NCBI GenBank assembly: GCA_026025795.1
Contig: JAPEUG010000133.1
Coordinates: forward strand, 1 to 38,608
Direction: 5' to 3'
Source: Thelocarpon superellum
Taxonomy: Eukaryota
Length of the DNA stretch: 38,608 bases
Shown here: positions 22,001 through 33,242 of the stretch, piece after piece
Layout: every line of letters starts with the position of its first letter
How positions within the stretch are numbered: the first letter of the stretch is position 1
Notes under the pieces: model-generated
Told to the model about the DNA's origin: nothing
The model's input: the letters and a program-made list of their open reading frames with translations, nothing else
Databases searched by the model: none
Position numbers and translations under genes: made by a program

Positions 22001-24527
22001 CTCGACGTCGCCGTCTCCACCGCCCGGAGCTCCGACGCGACGCTACCCTGACCGGAGGAGTCCTCGCCCTCGGCCAGCGTCTCCAACGACTGGCCAGACA
22101 TCGATCCCTGCCGACCCGGACGACGAGCAGACCCGCGAATGACAAAGTCAGCCTGCTGTAGGGTCTCGAGGATGATGGACCATGCTTCGTCTAGTGTGGG
22201 CCCAAGAGCAATTCCTAGGTTCAACAGCGCGCGGAGACAAAGTAGGTTGCGTGTGCCAAGGGTCGCGCTGCCAGCATCGTTAGGGGCCGGGCGTGGTCGT
22301 TCCGCGGGTACGGAGGCGCTCTGACCAACGAGACTTTCGACGCTCAGCAGGCCTCGCGCGTTGGCGAAAAGGCTGGGAGACTCGGCGACAGGCGTGCTGG
22401 GCGGCGGCGCGGCGCGGATGGAGAGAACATGGGGGGGCACCGCGGCCTTTCCCAACGCCGTGAGGAAAGCGTCACGCGGCGTGGGCAAGCGCAAGAGTCC
22501 CGAGACTTGAGTGATCTTCTGGATCGATCGTACCAAGCCATGATAGTAGTCATTGTCAAGGGCGGCGTGTAAAAAGCTCGAACATGCCGCCAGGACGGCG
22601 GGCCAACACGCCTCGACGATGGCCGCCGAGGTTTTCACCTCGGAATACAAGGGATGTTGGACCAGAGTCAGCGGGTTGATGGGAACCTGGGGCTTGCGGC
22701 TCGAACGCCGCGAACCCGAGTCCCGTCGATCCAACGGGGGTGGTGTCGTATCGGAAGATGGCGAGGAGCGACCATCGCGGTGGGTCGGGGTGGGTCCGTG
22801 GGCCTTCCGCCGACTACGCACCTCGGTGGGAAGCGTGAGGGGTAGGATGAATTTGGCTAGACCCTCGGTGAAGGTATTGAGACAGATCAAAGTCAGACTG
22901 TAGATGTAGGATTCCGGGATGGCCGGCGGCTCCGCCTTGTCGAGATGGTCGATGCATGAGACACGCATGGAACTTCCCTGCATACTGATGCCGGGGACAT
23001 TCACGTTCTGCATGGTGACGGCGCCACCGATCATGCCTACGACGCCGCCGGCATCCAAAGTCGCTTGCTCATCGATGGAACCCTTCGACCCCGACCGACC
23101 TCTTGGTGCCGTAGATTGTTGACCGAGGCCGATGACGGCCGGCTTTTCCGTTGACAGGCGTACCAGGGCGGCAAGATGATCTCGGACAATCTTCTTTTTC
23201 CCCTCCTGTTCATCGAAAGCGGCATACATCTTCCGGATGAGCCCAGGCTCGGCGTAAAGGCCGCGGAAAAGCTCCATGCACAAGGTCCGCTTCCAGAGCG
23301 GAGCCAAATCAGGATCGAGAATCTGAATGAGCAGGCTGAGAGCAACCTCGCATTGCGTGGTGAGGATGCTGAGCTGCCGGCGGAGGATGATGTATAGGAC
23401 TCGCATCATTCGCACCGTGGTAGGGAAGTTCAGCCGTTCCGGCAACGACTTGATCACAAAGGGCATGGCCCGTTCGCGAAGGATGTGTGCTTGCTCGGCG
23501 TGGGTCAGAAAGACGCTGGCATGGTTGGTCAGGACGGACTCAATCAGCTCAAGGCCAAAGGCTTGTGGCACCGCTCCGAAGCGCAAGAATTGAGGCTTTC
23601 GGCCCTCAGTCAGTAGACATATGTCATTGAACACCTTGTACATCTCGTCAGCGACGCCGACGTCAATGTCCACGGCCGAGATCTACCTTGTACGCGTCCA
23701 AGGCGGCTTCTTGCACGTCGACGGGCCCTTCGCTCGTTTCGACCTGGTCGACGACGTGCGCATCTGCACTCTTCTCTATAGAAGAATTAGCCACAGTCGA
23801 CGAGAAGATCTAACGTGGCGTACCATCTTCGGCCACCACCTTGTCGAATACGGCCACCACCAGCTGTTGCAAGGTGGCTGCCGCAGTGTTGTTGACCACG
23901 CTTGTCTTGCTTCCCTGTAGACTCGAGCAGATCGATAGTGCGATGGCCAACAGCTCGCCCTTTAACTCGTCGGCATAGTTTTGCGAGAGCGACGGCAAGG
24001 CTTGTAGGATCCTGAGCTGGATATCGAGACCTGCATCGTCCGAAAGCGAGGTGAGCCCTGCGCCTCACGCGGCTCCCTCTGACTCACCTACCTTGTCCAA
24101 TAAGCTCGGAGAAGGCATTGAGCACCTCATCGAGCTTCTGTCGTGCCAGACACCGGGCGGCAATGAGGCGCTGCAAGCAATTGACGCCGATGCCGATCAG
24201 TTTGGTATTGCGGGAGCCGCATGCAAGGACCAAGGGCGTGACGAAACTGGGACGGCGTTGCAGGTCTCTTGCTCCATCAGCATCATTCTGGACTCTGGCG
24301 GGGTTGAGGTGTTCATCTTCATACCGGCAGCCAACTGTGCTTCCGATGTGGCGTGGAGGGACTTGAGCTCCTCCAATGACTTCTCCGCGGCCTGTGGATA
24401 CCTCCTTAGCTTCGGCGTTCAGAGGAGGCAAGCACATAGCCCGACGTACATTGCGAAGGTCGGCATGCTTTCTCTTGGATTCCTGGATCAATGTCGAGAG
24501 ATCGGCGGTAAGGAGCTGTGCGGTCAT
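19041..24527 (-). CDS. MON2: Mon2/Ysl2 endosomal Sec7-family-like scaffold protein, 1703 aa, 8 exons
   Basis: Exons 24527-24450, 24391-24325, 24265-24092, 24030-23824, 23775-23687, 23634-21130, 21080-20867, 20818-19041 (sum 5112 nt). Motifs ESKRKHADLRNAAE, GLDIQLRILQALPSL, TAAATLQQLV, FGLELIESVL, RDAFLTALGK, SFGSLQLICSDFL, NISLTTVTFFWNVSDF, EVRNGAVQTL and YIADQPLRGRMPQP. Confidence 0.93.
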
Positions 24528-24757
24528 TCTACAGTCACGGCAAGCTCCCAGACACAGCCGTCCGGTTGAGGATTGACCATGGAAGGAGGGAGAGTGACGG
24601 AGCTAGATCGGCCGGGGCAAGGAGCATGCGTCGAAGCATTGTACGCATGGAGAGACGAGGACCATGTCTATCCGGTCTTGTCTGGCATCTACTCGAAAGG
24701 CGTTCTTGGTGAAACGGAGTGTGCATTGCTCATGCTTTTGCCGAAGGTCACCTATGG

Positions 24758-24775
24758 CAGCAGCAGCAGCAGCAG
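24758..24775 (+). repeat. (CAG)6 microsatellite in the MON2/MMS2 divergent region
   Basis: Direct reading. Confidence 0.85.
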
Positions 24776-25087
24776 GCGTAAGGCGTACCTCGTGGCACTC
24801 GCTCCGCGCGTAACGATAACTCACCATAACTCACCAAGTATTGCACTTCGACTAAGGGAGCGCCCCACCGTCGCCCCACCGTCGCCTACCGCCGGCCGCC
24901 GTACGCCTACCAGACCTATCCGATGATAGCTTGTGATGGCCTGTTATTCACGCATCGCCCCTCCACCAGCTCAGCTTGACCACTGACCCGGAGAAGCCTC
25001 CCTCGACGGTTCCGGAGCCTATCCCCTGTGCAACCCGTGTGTCTCCATCGCTGCCGTCTAGAGACAGACACCTCACCCTCAGCCATA

Positions 25088-25730
25088 ATGGGTGCGAAGG
25101 TTCCGCGAAACTTCCGCCTGCTCGAGGAGCTGGAGAAGGGCGAGAAGGGCCTTGGGGCCGGTTCGTGAGACCCTAGGAAAGCAAGCGTGTCGTTCCTATC
25201 ACGCTGACAGACGTGGCTTGCTAGAGGCTTGCTCCTATGGGCTCGTCGATGGGGACGATCTCCTCATGTCAAATTGGAACGGAACGATATTGGGCCCACC
25301 GCACGTCAGAAGCCCCCGTGTCCCCTTCAAAGGACGAGGCTGACGTCACCGCAGAGCGTGCACGAAAATCGCATATACAGCGTCAACATCCATTGTGGCG
25401 ACAGCTACCCTGATACTCCGCCCACCGTACAGTTTGTGTCCAAGGTCAACCTTCCATGCGTGGATCCGCGGAATGGCAAGGTACGGCAATCTCGGGCAGG
25501 CGGCGACGTTTCACCGCTCAAGGCCATGACTTAGGTCGATGCCTCCAAGTTACCATGCATGGCACAATGGAAACGAGAGAACACCATGGAGACCATCCTA
25601 ATCGAGCTCCGGAGGCATTCCACCCAGCGTCCTTCATTCCGGCCAGGCACTAAACGTGGTCAGGTACATGGCTCTGCCGCAGCACAAGAAACTTCCTCAG
25701 CCCGCCGAAGGTAGCACGTTCGGCCTGTGA
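25088..25730 (+). CDS. MMS2: Ubiquitin-conjugating enzyme variant Mms2 (UEV), 141 aa, 5 exons
   Basis: Exons 25088-25160, 25225-25304, 25355-25480, 25535-25614, 25664-25730. Spliced: KVPRNFRLLEELEKGEKG...WNGTILGPPHSVHENRIYS...SKVNLPCV...TMETILIELRRYMALPQHKKLPQPAEGSTF. The last intron (25615-25663) is GC-AG. Confidence 0.95.
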
Positions 25731-26115
25731 CTTTCGGCCTGTGATCTTGGAGCGCGTGGGACCAGTGAGGAAGCATGATGAGTTGAACGGGATCGCGACC
25801 TTGGCTTCCTGCTGTCAGGAGGTGAGGTGACTGCGGCGATGGATGCCTTCTACTATCCATTCAGTCAGAATTGCATCAGCGGTTTGAACGACAGCGTGGA
25901 ATCCAACAACTACCACCACACTTCAGGTCACCTTTCATCTCGTAGTACATAGTCCCGGCCAGGCCCCTCGAGCATGTTGTCCATGATTCCTAGAAGTCGA
26001 CCCGGAGGATGTAACGCACGTGATGACGGGGTTCGCCAACGACATCGGCTGCCAAGCTGCAAGGAAAGATGCACGACGCCACCTGCACCTCAGACACGCA
26101 CTCAACGGACCATGA

Positions 26116-27163
26116 ATGAAGCGCTACCTGCTTCCCAAACGGTGGGGTGCCCATCGCGTTGCCTGTAAGCTTCACATCCAGACCATAGCCCCGTAGTCTA
26201 ATCGGACCTAACGCTATGAGCTGAGTGTAGGCTTCGCGTTGTATCGCGCCCTCCTGCTCCAATGCCCGCACCTGCCCATCCCGCCCGCGGACCGCACCGC
26301 GGCCAAACAGCTCGTCCGGGCAGCGTTTCGGTGGAATCGTGATGTGCAAAGCACGCGACTACTCACCGTGGCCCTCAATGCCGGCTACCAGGTACGAGAC
26401 AACCCGACTCCAGCTGGGTGAAGCTCCAGGAAGCCAACGCTCGCCTCACCAGATCGAAACGCTGCTTCGTTCGTCCGTAGCCGGCGACACAGCCAGCACG
26501 TCGCGAGTGCTCTCCCTGCTCTCCACCCGGCCTCGAATCGAAGCACTGCAGCCGCCGGCAGAGCCAACACGAGCGTCTCACTCGCCATCGGGTCCCTTTC
26601 CCGGCGCGGCACCCGTGCTGAGTCGACCACACCAGCACGTCTCGGGCCGACGACACATTCCCGTCCTAGCCGTGACAGGGTCCCTGCCTTTCCTGCGGTT
26701 CAAGAAGCCTCAGTCGCCCTTCTTATCGCAGGTCCTCCGCAACAAAACGAGGCAGAAAGACCGCCGCTACCAGGTTCTAAGGGCGCTGGAAGTCTCGATG
26801 CCCATGGCAGAGCACGAGGACCAGTGGGATCGTATCGTCGCTGTGTATGGGGCCAGGGAGGGTAGCGTCGATGGGGCGAGGGTTCAGCATGGGGAGCGTC
26901 TGAGCTGGTCCAAGGCCGCCCGGGAAGAGGTAGCGGCGCTTAAGGCGCGGCTGTGGAAGGAGGAGGAGCGGCGCACAGAATTGGCCCGGCGCTTCTACGC
27001 CATCGTCGAGAAGGAGCGCGAGCTGGCTATGGAAGACAAGGCCAAGCGGGGGAGGGAGAGGAAGGACAGACGAGCTGCGGCCGAGGCCGAGGTCGAGGTC
27101 CTGGCACAAGCTCAGTGTCACGCTTCGTCTGCTAATTCGGACCGTCGACCATCCATGACATGA
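26116..27163 (+). CDS. LYR-motif (Complex1_LYR-like) protein, probably mitochondrial, 306 aa, 3 exons
   Basis: Exons 26116-26164, 26231-26391, 26453-27163. MKRYLLPKRWGAHRVACFALYRALL...VRAAFRWNR (LYR plus downstream F), then RHIPVL, LPFLRFKKPQSPFLS and a C-terminal coiled coil. Confidence 0.8.
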
Positions 27164-27540
27164 TCATCTTCATAGTGTCGTGTGGTGGAATATTTCCAGT
27201 CACATTGGATTACGCCGCTCTAAAGGAAAACCCAAGACTAATGTGACGAGAGTGATGAGAGAATACACGGGGCCGCCGGTGCGGACGGCACCGTATACGG
27301 CCGCACGGAGGCGGACGTCGGGAGGTTACATCATCGAGCTGCTTACATAGCCAACAAGCGGACACCGAAGTAAGGAATAGTCGAGACGAGAAACGCCAGG
27401 GAGCGGAACACACGGCGATGACAGTACAGGAGGAAGATAAATCCACGTTGGCGCCTGTTTTCTGACGAAGAACCGGTCGACCGTGCAAATGAGCCAACCG
27501 AACACATCCCGACAAGAAAACCGGAGGCGGAGGCCCTTGA

Positions 27541-28612
27541 TTACGCGCCTGCCGCCGCGGCACGGACGCTCGGCGGGTCTCGGTGGAAGACGGATTTGAA
27601 TTCTTGTTGGTATCGGGAGAGGTCAGTCGCCTGGAGATCGTGATATTTCTATAGCCACGGGCATTAGCGATCCCAGTCCGGTCCGCTCGGGGATGAAAGA
27701 GCGTGCAAACCTTCTTCTCACTCTGTCCCAACTCCTTCCATTCCTTCGACACCAGCTTGGCACGTTCACCGAACTCGATGTGCTCCAGGTCGCCGCTATT
27801 CGTGCGCTCCATGAAGAAGCGGATGTAGGGTGACAAAGCCCGTTTGGGCTGGCGCTCATCCTTGATCGGCGCGTATCCCCGCGTGTTGTTCAAGCGGCGC
27901 CGGAGCAGATTCCGTGCCCGGTTGGCCTGTTGGATCTGATCCGGAGTATGAGATGCCAGCCACTTCCTGTAGGCCGCGTCGTTCGCGGCTCGATTCTGAT
28001 TGGCGAGATGATTGTAGTGCTGTGCGTCATCGGGGTTGAGTTAGCTGAAGAATCACGACCATGGAGGGCTAGGGCCCGCGTTACCTCAAGCTCCTCGGGA
28101 GTGAAAGCTTTGTATCGGGCCGAGGCCTCTTTGCCTTGCAAGGACCGCGTCTCCTTGGCCATTTCCGACACCAAGACCTTCCACGCGCTGGCCGGAAGCC
28201 CTTTGGGTTCCACCAACGCCGTCGCCTTGAGCGACTTGATCTCGTCCTTGGCCTTGCGCTCTGTCTTGGCCAATTGCGCCTTGGCCTTTTGCTCTTCGGT
28301 CAAGACCTTCTTGCGAGGTTTCGCCTTGGCCGCCGTCTTCTTCTTCCCCGACTTGGCTTTGCCCGTGGCCGTGGACTTGGGCGTTTTAGCCTTCGGCTTG
28401 GAGGTGCCCGTAGCATACGATCGGTGGAGGACAGTGATGAATGGTCTCGCACGCGACCCGGTCGCTCGCGTGGGCAGCACATGGAGGGCGCGGCAAAGAG
28501 ATGCCCCCCGCGGGAGCCCGCCCGCGAGGAGCATGCCCTCCGTCGAGATTCTAGGAACCGTAGCCACCACTCGTTGGACCGCCGTCCGGCCATGCATGAC
28601 AGCAAAAAGCAT
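27541..28612 (-). CDS. HMG-box protein with probable mitochondrial targeting peptide (Abf2/HmbB/mtHMG1-like), 314 aa, 3 exons
   Basis: Exons 28612-28085, 28019-27711, 27648-27541. Arg-rich N-terminus ending HRSYAT, a Lys/Ala-rich linker, a degenerate box (PKGLPASAW...YKAFTPEELEHYNHLA) and a canonical box (PKRALSPYIRFFMER...VSKEWKELGQSEKKKY). Confidence 0.85.
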
Positions 28613-28982
28613 GTTGTGGAGAAATCGGTTGCGTCGTTTGAGGTGGAAGCCGGATGGATTGGGGGGGGACAAATGGACGGGATGACGAAGAGCACGCAAT
28701 GGCAGGAGGGGAAATCAACGGGCTGCTCTGTTGCCAGTAGGTGACAGATGATTCAGTCGGCACCGCTCGCGTGTGTCGCTTCCCATTTCAAGGAGGCTGG
28801 CACGCTTGCAAAACCGTATGGGGCCGGAGGCTGTAGTGCGAGTGACCTGGCCGCTAGTCATTTTGCTCGCTCGTCGCGCGGCAAAGTACCTGTCGGCTGG
28901 TACTCGCCCCAAATTGCCCGCCTCGTTCCTCGCTTCCTGCGGTTGCTTTCCAGCAGCCCTGCAGGAAGGTTTGCAGCTTAGC

Positions 28983-29025
28983 GGAGCGCGGAGCGAGGAG
29001 CGAGGAGCGAGGAGCGAGGAGCGAG
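28983..29025 (+). repeat. (GGAGCGA)5 heptamer microsatellite plus one variant, in the HMG/PRP5 divergent promoter
   Basis: Direct reading. Confidence 0.9.
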
Positions 29026-29236
29026 CTGCACTGACTCAATGGTGAGTAATCACACCTCGGTCATTTCCATCTCGAGCCTCGTCGCAGAGAAGGGACAGGC
29101 ACAACGACAATGGGCTGATATTCACCGCAAAAACTTCCCCGCGCTGTGGTATATTGCTCCGCTACAATCGTGGTTCGAGATTCAGTCGCGGAGTCGTGCC
29201 TGCCGTAATCCTCACATCTCCGTCTTCCACGCGGAC

Positions 29237-32200
29237 ATGGCCCGGCATTCGCTCTCGCGCTCACCCTCGCCTGCAGGAAGCCACCACTCCAAACGTTCTC
29301 GGCGAGACGACGATCGCCACGTCCGAGACCGAGTTCGCGATCGGGATCGGGATCGTGATCGGAGAGAGAATCCACGTTCGTACCATCGGAGAACTCGATC
29401 ACGGTCACTCGAGGTGTGTCGGCACATCCCACCAGATTACCCCTCACTATCGCTAACGAAGATGAAGCAGAAACGCAACCGTGATCGTGATTGGCATCGC
29501 CGCCGAGAACGCTCCGGCGATCGACGAGATGACCGCCGTGATCGTTCCGGTGACCGGAGGCGCTCGCGGGACCGTGACCGTGACCGGATAGGCGATCGCT
29601 CGCCAGACCGCCGCCGTCGCCGCAGTCCAGACCGTAGTCGCGAACGAGATCGTCCACGTCATGCTGACGGGAGAAGAGACCACAGGCGGGGTGACGATCG
29701 AGACGCCCGGTCGAACAAGGCGTCCGGCGTCCGCGGTGCAGAGGTGCGTCACCTGGTTCCCACGCAGGTGGAGCATTGCGCTGACATCGATCCAAGGGCG
29801 CCCCATCGGCATCCTCGTCAGGTCACGCCGAGGAAGACAAGACCAAGGCCGAGCGCTTGGCTAAGATCCAGGCATGGAAGAAGAAGCAAGTAGAGGAGCG
29901 GGAACGTAAGCAGAAGGAATTGGACGCCGTGGGCGGTACACGTGGTTTATTAGACGCCATGGATCGGAGAGAGACCGCCTCGCCCGCAACCGCATCACCC
30001 CTTTCCCCCGCGACCCCAGACCGGACCACCTCGCCCGCCGCATATCCCGGCAAGTTTGACCCCAAGGCCATCGCCAAGAAAGCGACAGCCGTGTCCGCAC
30101 CGACCAAGAGCGCTCTCGGAAAGGATGTGGCCCTACCAGACTCTGCTAAAACGTCCGCCACCTTGAAATCTCCGGCTACCGGGTTGAAAGCTGACAAGTC
30201 ATCTGCAGCTGGTACAAGGTCTTCCGCAGGTACGTGCCCACGCTCTCCCTGCCGCCCCCCCTCTCCTCCCCCTTGCTAGCATGAAAGATGGTTAACGGGG
30301 ATATGTGCACAGCATCTGCCTCAGCGGTGCCTAAGACGCGAGGGAATCTCAGTGGCTTCGGGCTCGGAAGCAAAGGCGCTTTTGAACCCGACAAGGCCTC
30401 TGGCAAACGACCCCTGAACTTTGGCGACGAAGAATCAACCCGCAAGAAACTTGAGAAGCTACCCACCCCTCCACTCGAAGACGCCAACGGCGTTGAGGAT
30501 GCCCTGCCTGCTAACGATGTTGAAGAAGACGATGATGTGGACATGCAGGATGGCGGGACGGAAGAGGAGACGGCCGCGGCGGCACGTGCCGCGGCGGAGA
30601 AACGCGAGGAACGGCTCCAGAGCCAAACGGTCGAGCCGGATTCGACCCCGTCGCTCGTACCAAATGGCCAGGTCGACCAAGCGATGCTCGATCGACCACC
30701 TCTTGCGCCGACTGTGCCGGCGGTGGCGGAGCCGATGGTGCGGGCGGACGAGGAAGAGATCGATCCGTTAGATGCCTTCATGACGGGCCTAGGCGATCCC
30801 ATGGCCGATCCTCCTCCTACCAACGGAACAGGCAAGTCGAGCAGCGGAGTCAAGAAGCAATCCCAACCCGAAGCCCTGTTCGGGGATGACGACGTCAACC
30901 TCGATGCCATCGACGCTGATCCCGACGACATCCTGGCCATGGCGAGCAAGAAGAAGAAGAAAGATCTCCCTGCCATCGACCATAAGAAGATCAACTACCT
31001 TCCTTTCCGCAAGAAGTTCTACACCGAGCCGGCGGAGCTGAGCGAGATGACCGAGGAAGAGCTGGCCGACCTGCGTCTGGAGCTGGACGGCATCAAGATT
31101 CGCGGCGTGGATGTGCCGAAACCGGTGCAGAAATGGTCGCAGTGCGGCTTGGGGGTGCAAACGCTTGAGGTCATCCAACGCTTGGGCTATGAACGGCCCA
31201 CCTCCATCCAGACGCAGGCCATCCCCGCCATCATGTCAGGCCGCGACGTGATCGGGGTGGCGAAGACGGGGTCGGGAAAGACCATCGCCTTCCTCTTGCC
31301 CATGTTTCGGCACATCAAGGATCAGCGGCCGTTGGAGTCGCTGGACGGACCCGTGGGGCTCGTGATGACGCCGACGCGAGAGCTGGCCACGCAGATTCAC
31401 AAGGAGTGCAAGCCCTTCTTGAAGGCGCTCAATCTCCGGGCCGTCTGCGCCTACGGCGGCGCGCCAATCAAGGATCAGATCGCCGACCTGAAGCGTGGAG
31501 CGGAGATCATTGTCTGCACCCCCGGACGCATGATTGATCTGCTGGCGGCCAACTCGGGTCGCGTCACCAATCTGCGACGGGTGACGTACGTGGTGCTGGA
31601 CGAGGCCGACCGGATGTTCGACATGGGCTTTGAGCCGCAGGTGATGAAAATCATCGGCAACATCCGGCCTGACAAGCAGACCGTCCTCTTCTCCGCCACC
31701 TTTCCGCGCCAGATGGAGGCATTGGCCCGGAAGACGCTGCAGAAGCCGGTAGAGATTGTGGTGGGCGGGCGGAGCGTCGTCGCGCCCGAGATCACGCAGA
31801 TGGTCGAGGTCCGGGCGGAGGAGAGCAAGTTCCTCCGCCTGCTGGAACTCCTCGGCGAGCTCTACGATACGGATGAGGATGCGCGCACGCTGATCTTCGT
31901 CGACCGGCAAGAGTCGGCGGACGGCCTGCTCCGCGACCTGATGCGCAAGGGATACCCTTGCATGTCCATCCACGGCGGCAAGGACCAGATCGACCGCGAC
32001 TCGACCATCAACGACTTCAAGGCCGGCGTTGTGCCCATCATGATCGCCACGTCGGTGGCGGCGCGCGGCCTCGACGTCAAACAGCTGAAGCTGGTGGTCA
32101 ACTTTGACGCGCCCAACCATCTGGAGGACTACGTGCATCGCGCCGGGCGCACCGGTCGGGCGGGGAACACGGGCACGGCGGTGACCTTCCTCACGGAGGA

Positions 32201-33103
32201 GCAAGAACGTTACTCCATCGATATCGCCAAGGCCCTGCGGCAAAGTGACCAACGCGTGCCGGACGCGGTGCAGAAGATGGTCGACTCCTTCCTCGAGAAG
32301 GTCAAGGCGGGCAAGGAGAAGGCCAGCGGGTCGGGCTTCGGGGGCAAGGGCCTCGAGCGACTAGACCAGGAGCGTGATGCGGCGCGGAACCGGGAACGGA
32401 AGACGTACAAGACGGGCGACGACGGGGAGGAGGACGAGAAGGAGGACAAGAAGGAGGATGAAATCGTGGTCAAGGCGTCATCCAGCGTCGCACCCGCGCC
32501 GCCGATGTCCATCCCCGGCGTTCCCAAAGGCATCGACCTGGACGGCAAGATCACGGTGCATCGGACCGAAGTGGCCCCGACGGCGAGTGGATCGTCCAAG
32601 AACCCGCTCGATCGCGTGGGCCAAGCCGTGGCCGACATCAACTCGCGCCTGAACAAGACGGGCCAGCTCCGGTCGGGTGTGCCCATCGACAACAAAGGCC
32701 CCGACGCTGGCGCCTTCCATGCCACCTTGGAAATCAACGACTTTCCCCGTACGTGCCCCCGTGTCCCCCCGCCCTCCTCCCCCTGCCCCCCTTTTCCCAG
32801 GCGACGCACGGTACTGACCCTCGCACAGAGAAAGCTCGGTGGGCCGTCACGAACCGGACGAATGTGGCGAAGATCTTGGAGGCGACGGGCACGTCCATCA
32901 CCACCAAGGGCAGCTTCTACGCGACGGGCAAGGAGCCGCAGCTGGGGGAGAACCCCAAGCTGTACATTCTGGTGGAAGGGGATACGGAGGTGGTGGTGAC
33001 GAACGCGATGCGGGAGCTGATGCGACTGCTGAAGGAGGGCACGGTGGCGGCGGCCGACAGCGAAGCGCGGGCGCCAGCCAGTGGACGCTACAATGTGGTG
33101 TAG
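29237..33103 (+). CDS. PRP5: DEAD-box pre-mRNA-processing RNA helicase Prp5/DDX46, 1197 aa, 5 exons
   Basis: Exons 29237-29413, 29471-29743, 29797-30229, 30313-32748, 32829-33103. RS/RD-rich N-terminus, DPLDAFM motif, [41 protein letters not shown] and the C-terminal [16 protein letters not shown]. Confidence 0.96.
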
Positions 33104-33242
33104 AGCGCAGTAGACGGCTGACGCGTGGTATTTCAACGTACCACCGGGAAACGCCCGCAACCCCATCATCCCCGTCGTCTCGTTCGATCTCCAATGTACA
33201 TGTCCAATATCTGTAGGGCTTCCCCTATCCGAGAACCCCTAT

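Noticed and set aside
24031..24091. Stwintron (nested intron) at the GTAGGTGAGT donor of MON2
   Set aside because: At 61 nt, with one branch/acceptor set, it is too short for two nested introns. Tandem donors explain it.
31236..32252. Long antisense ORFs (338 aa here; also 5669-6385, 14586-15284, 27930-28685, 30176-30994, 32210-33169)
   Set aside because: They shadow well-supported genes. High GC and codon bias suppress stops on the opposite strand, and they have no recognisable motifs.
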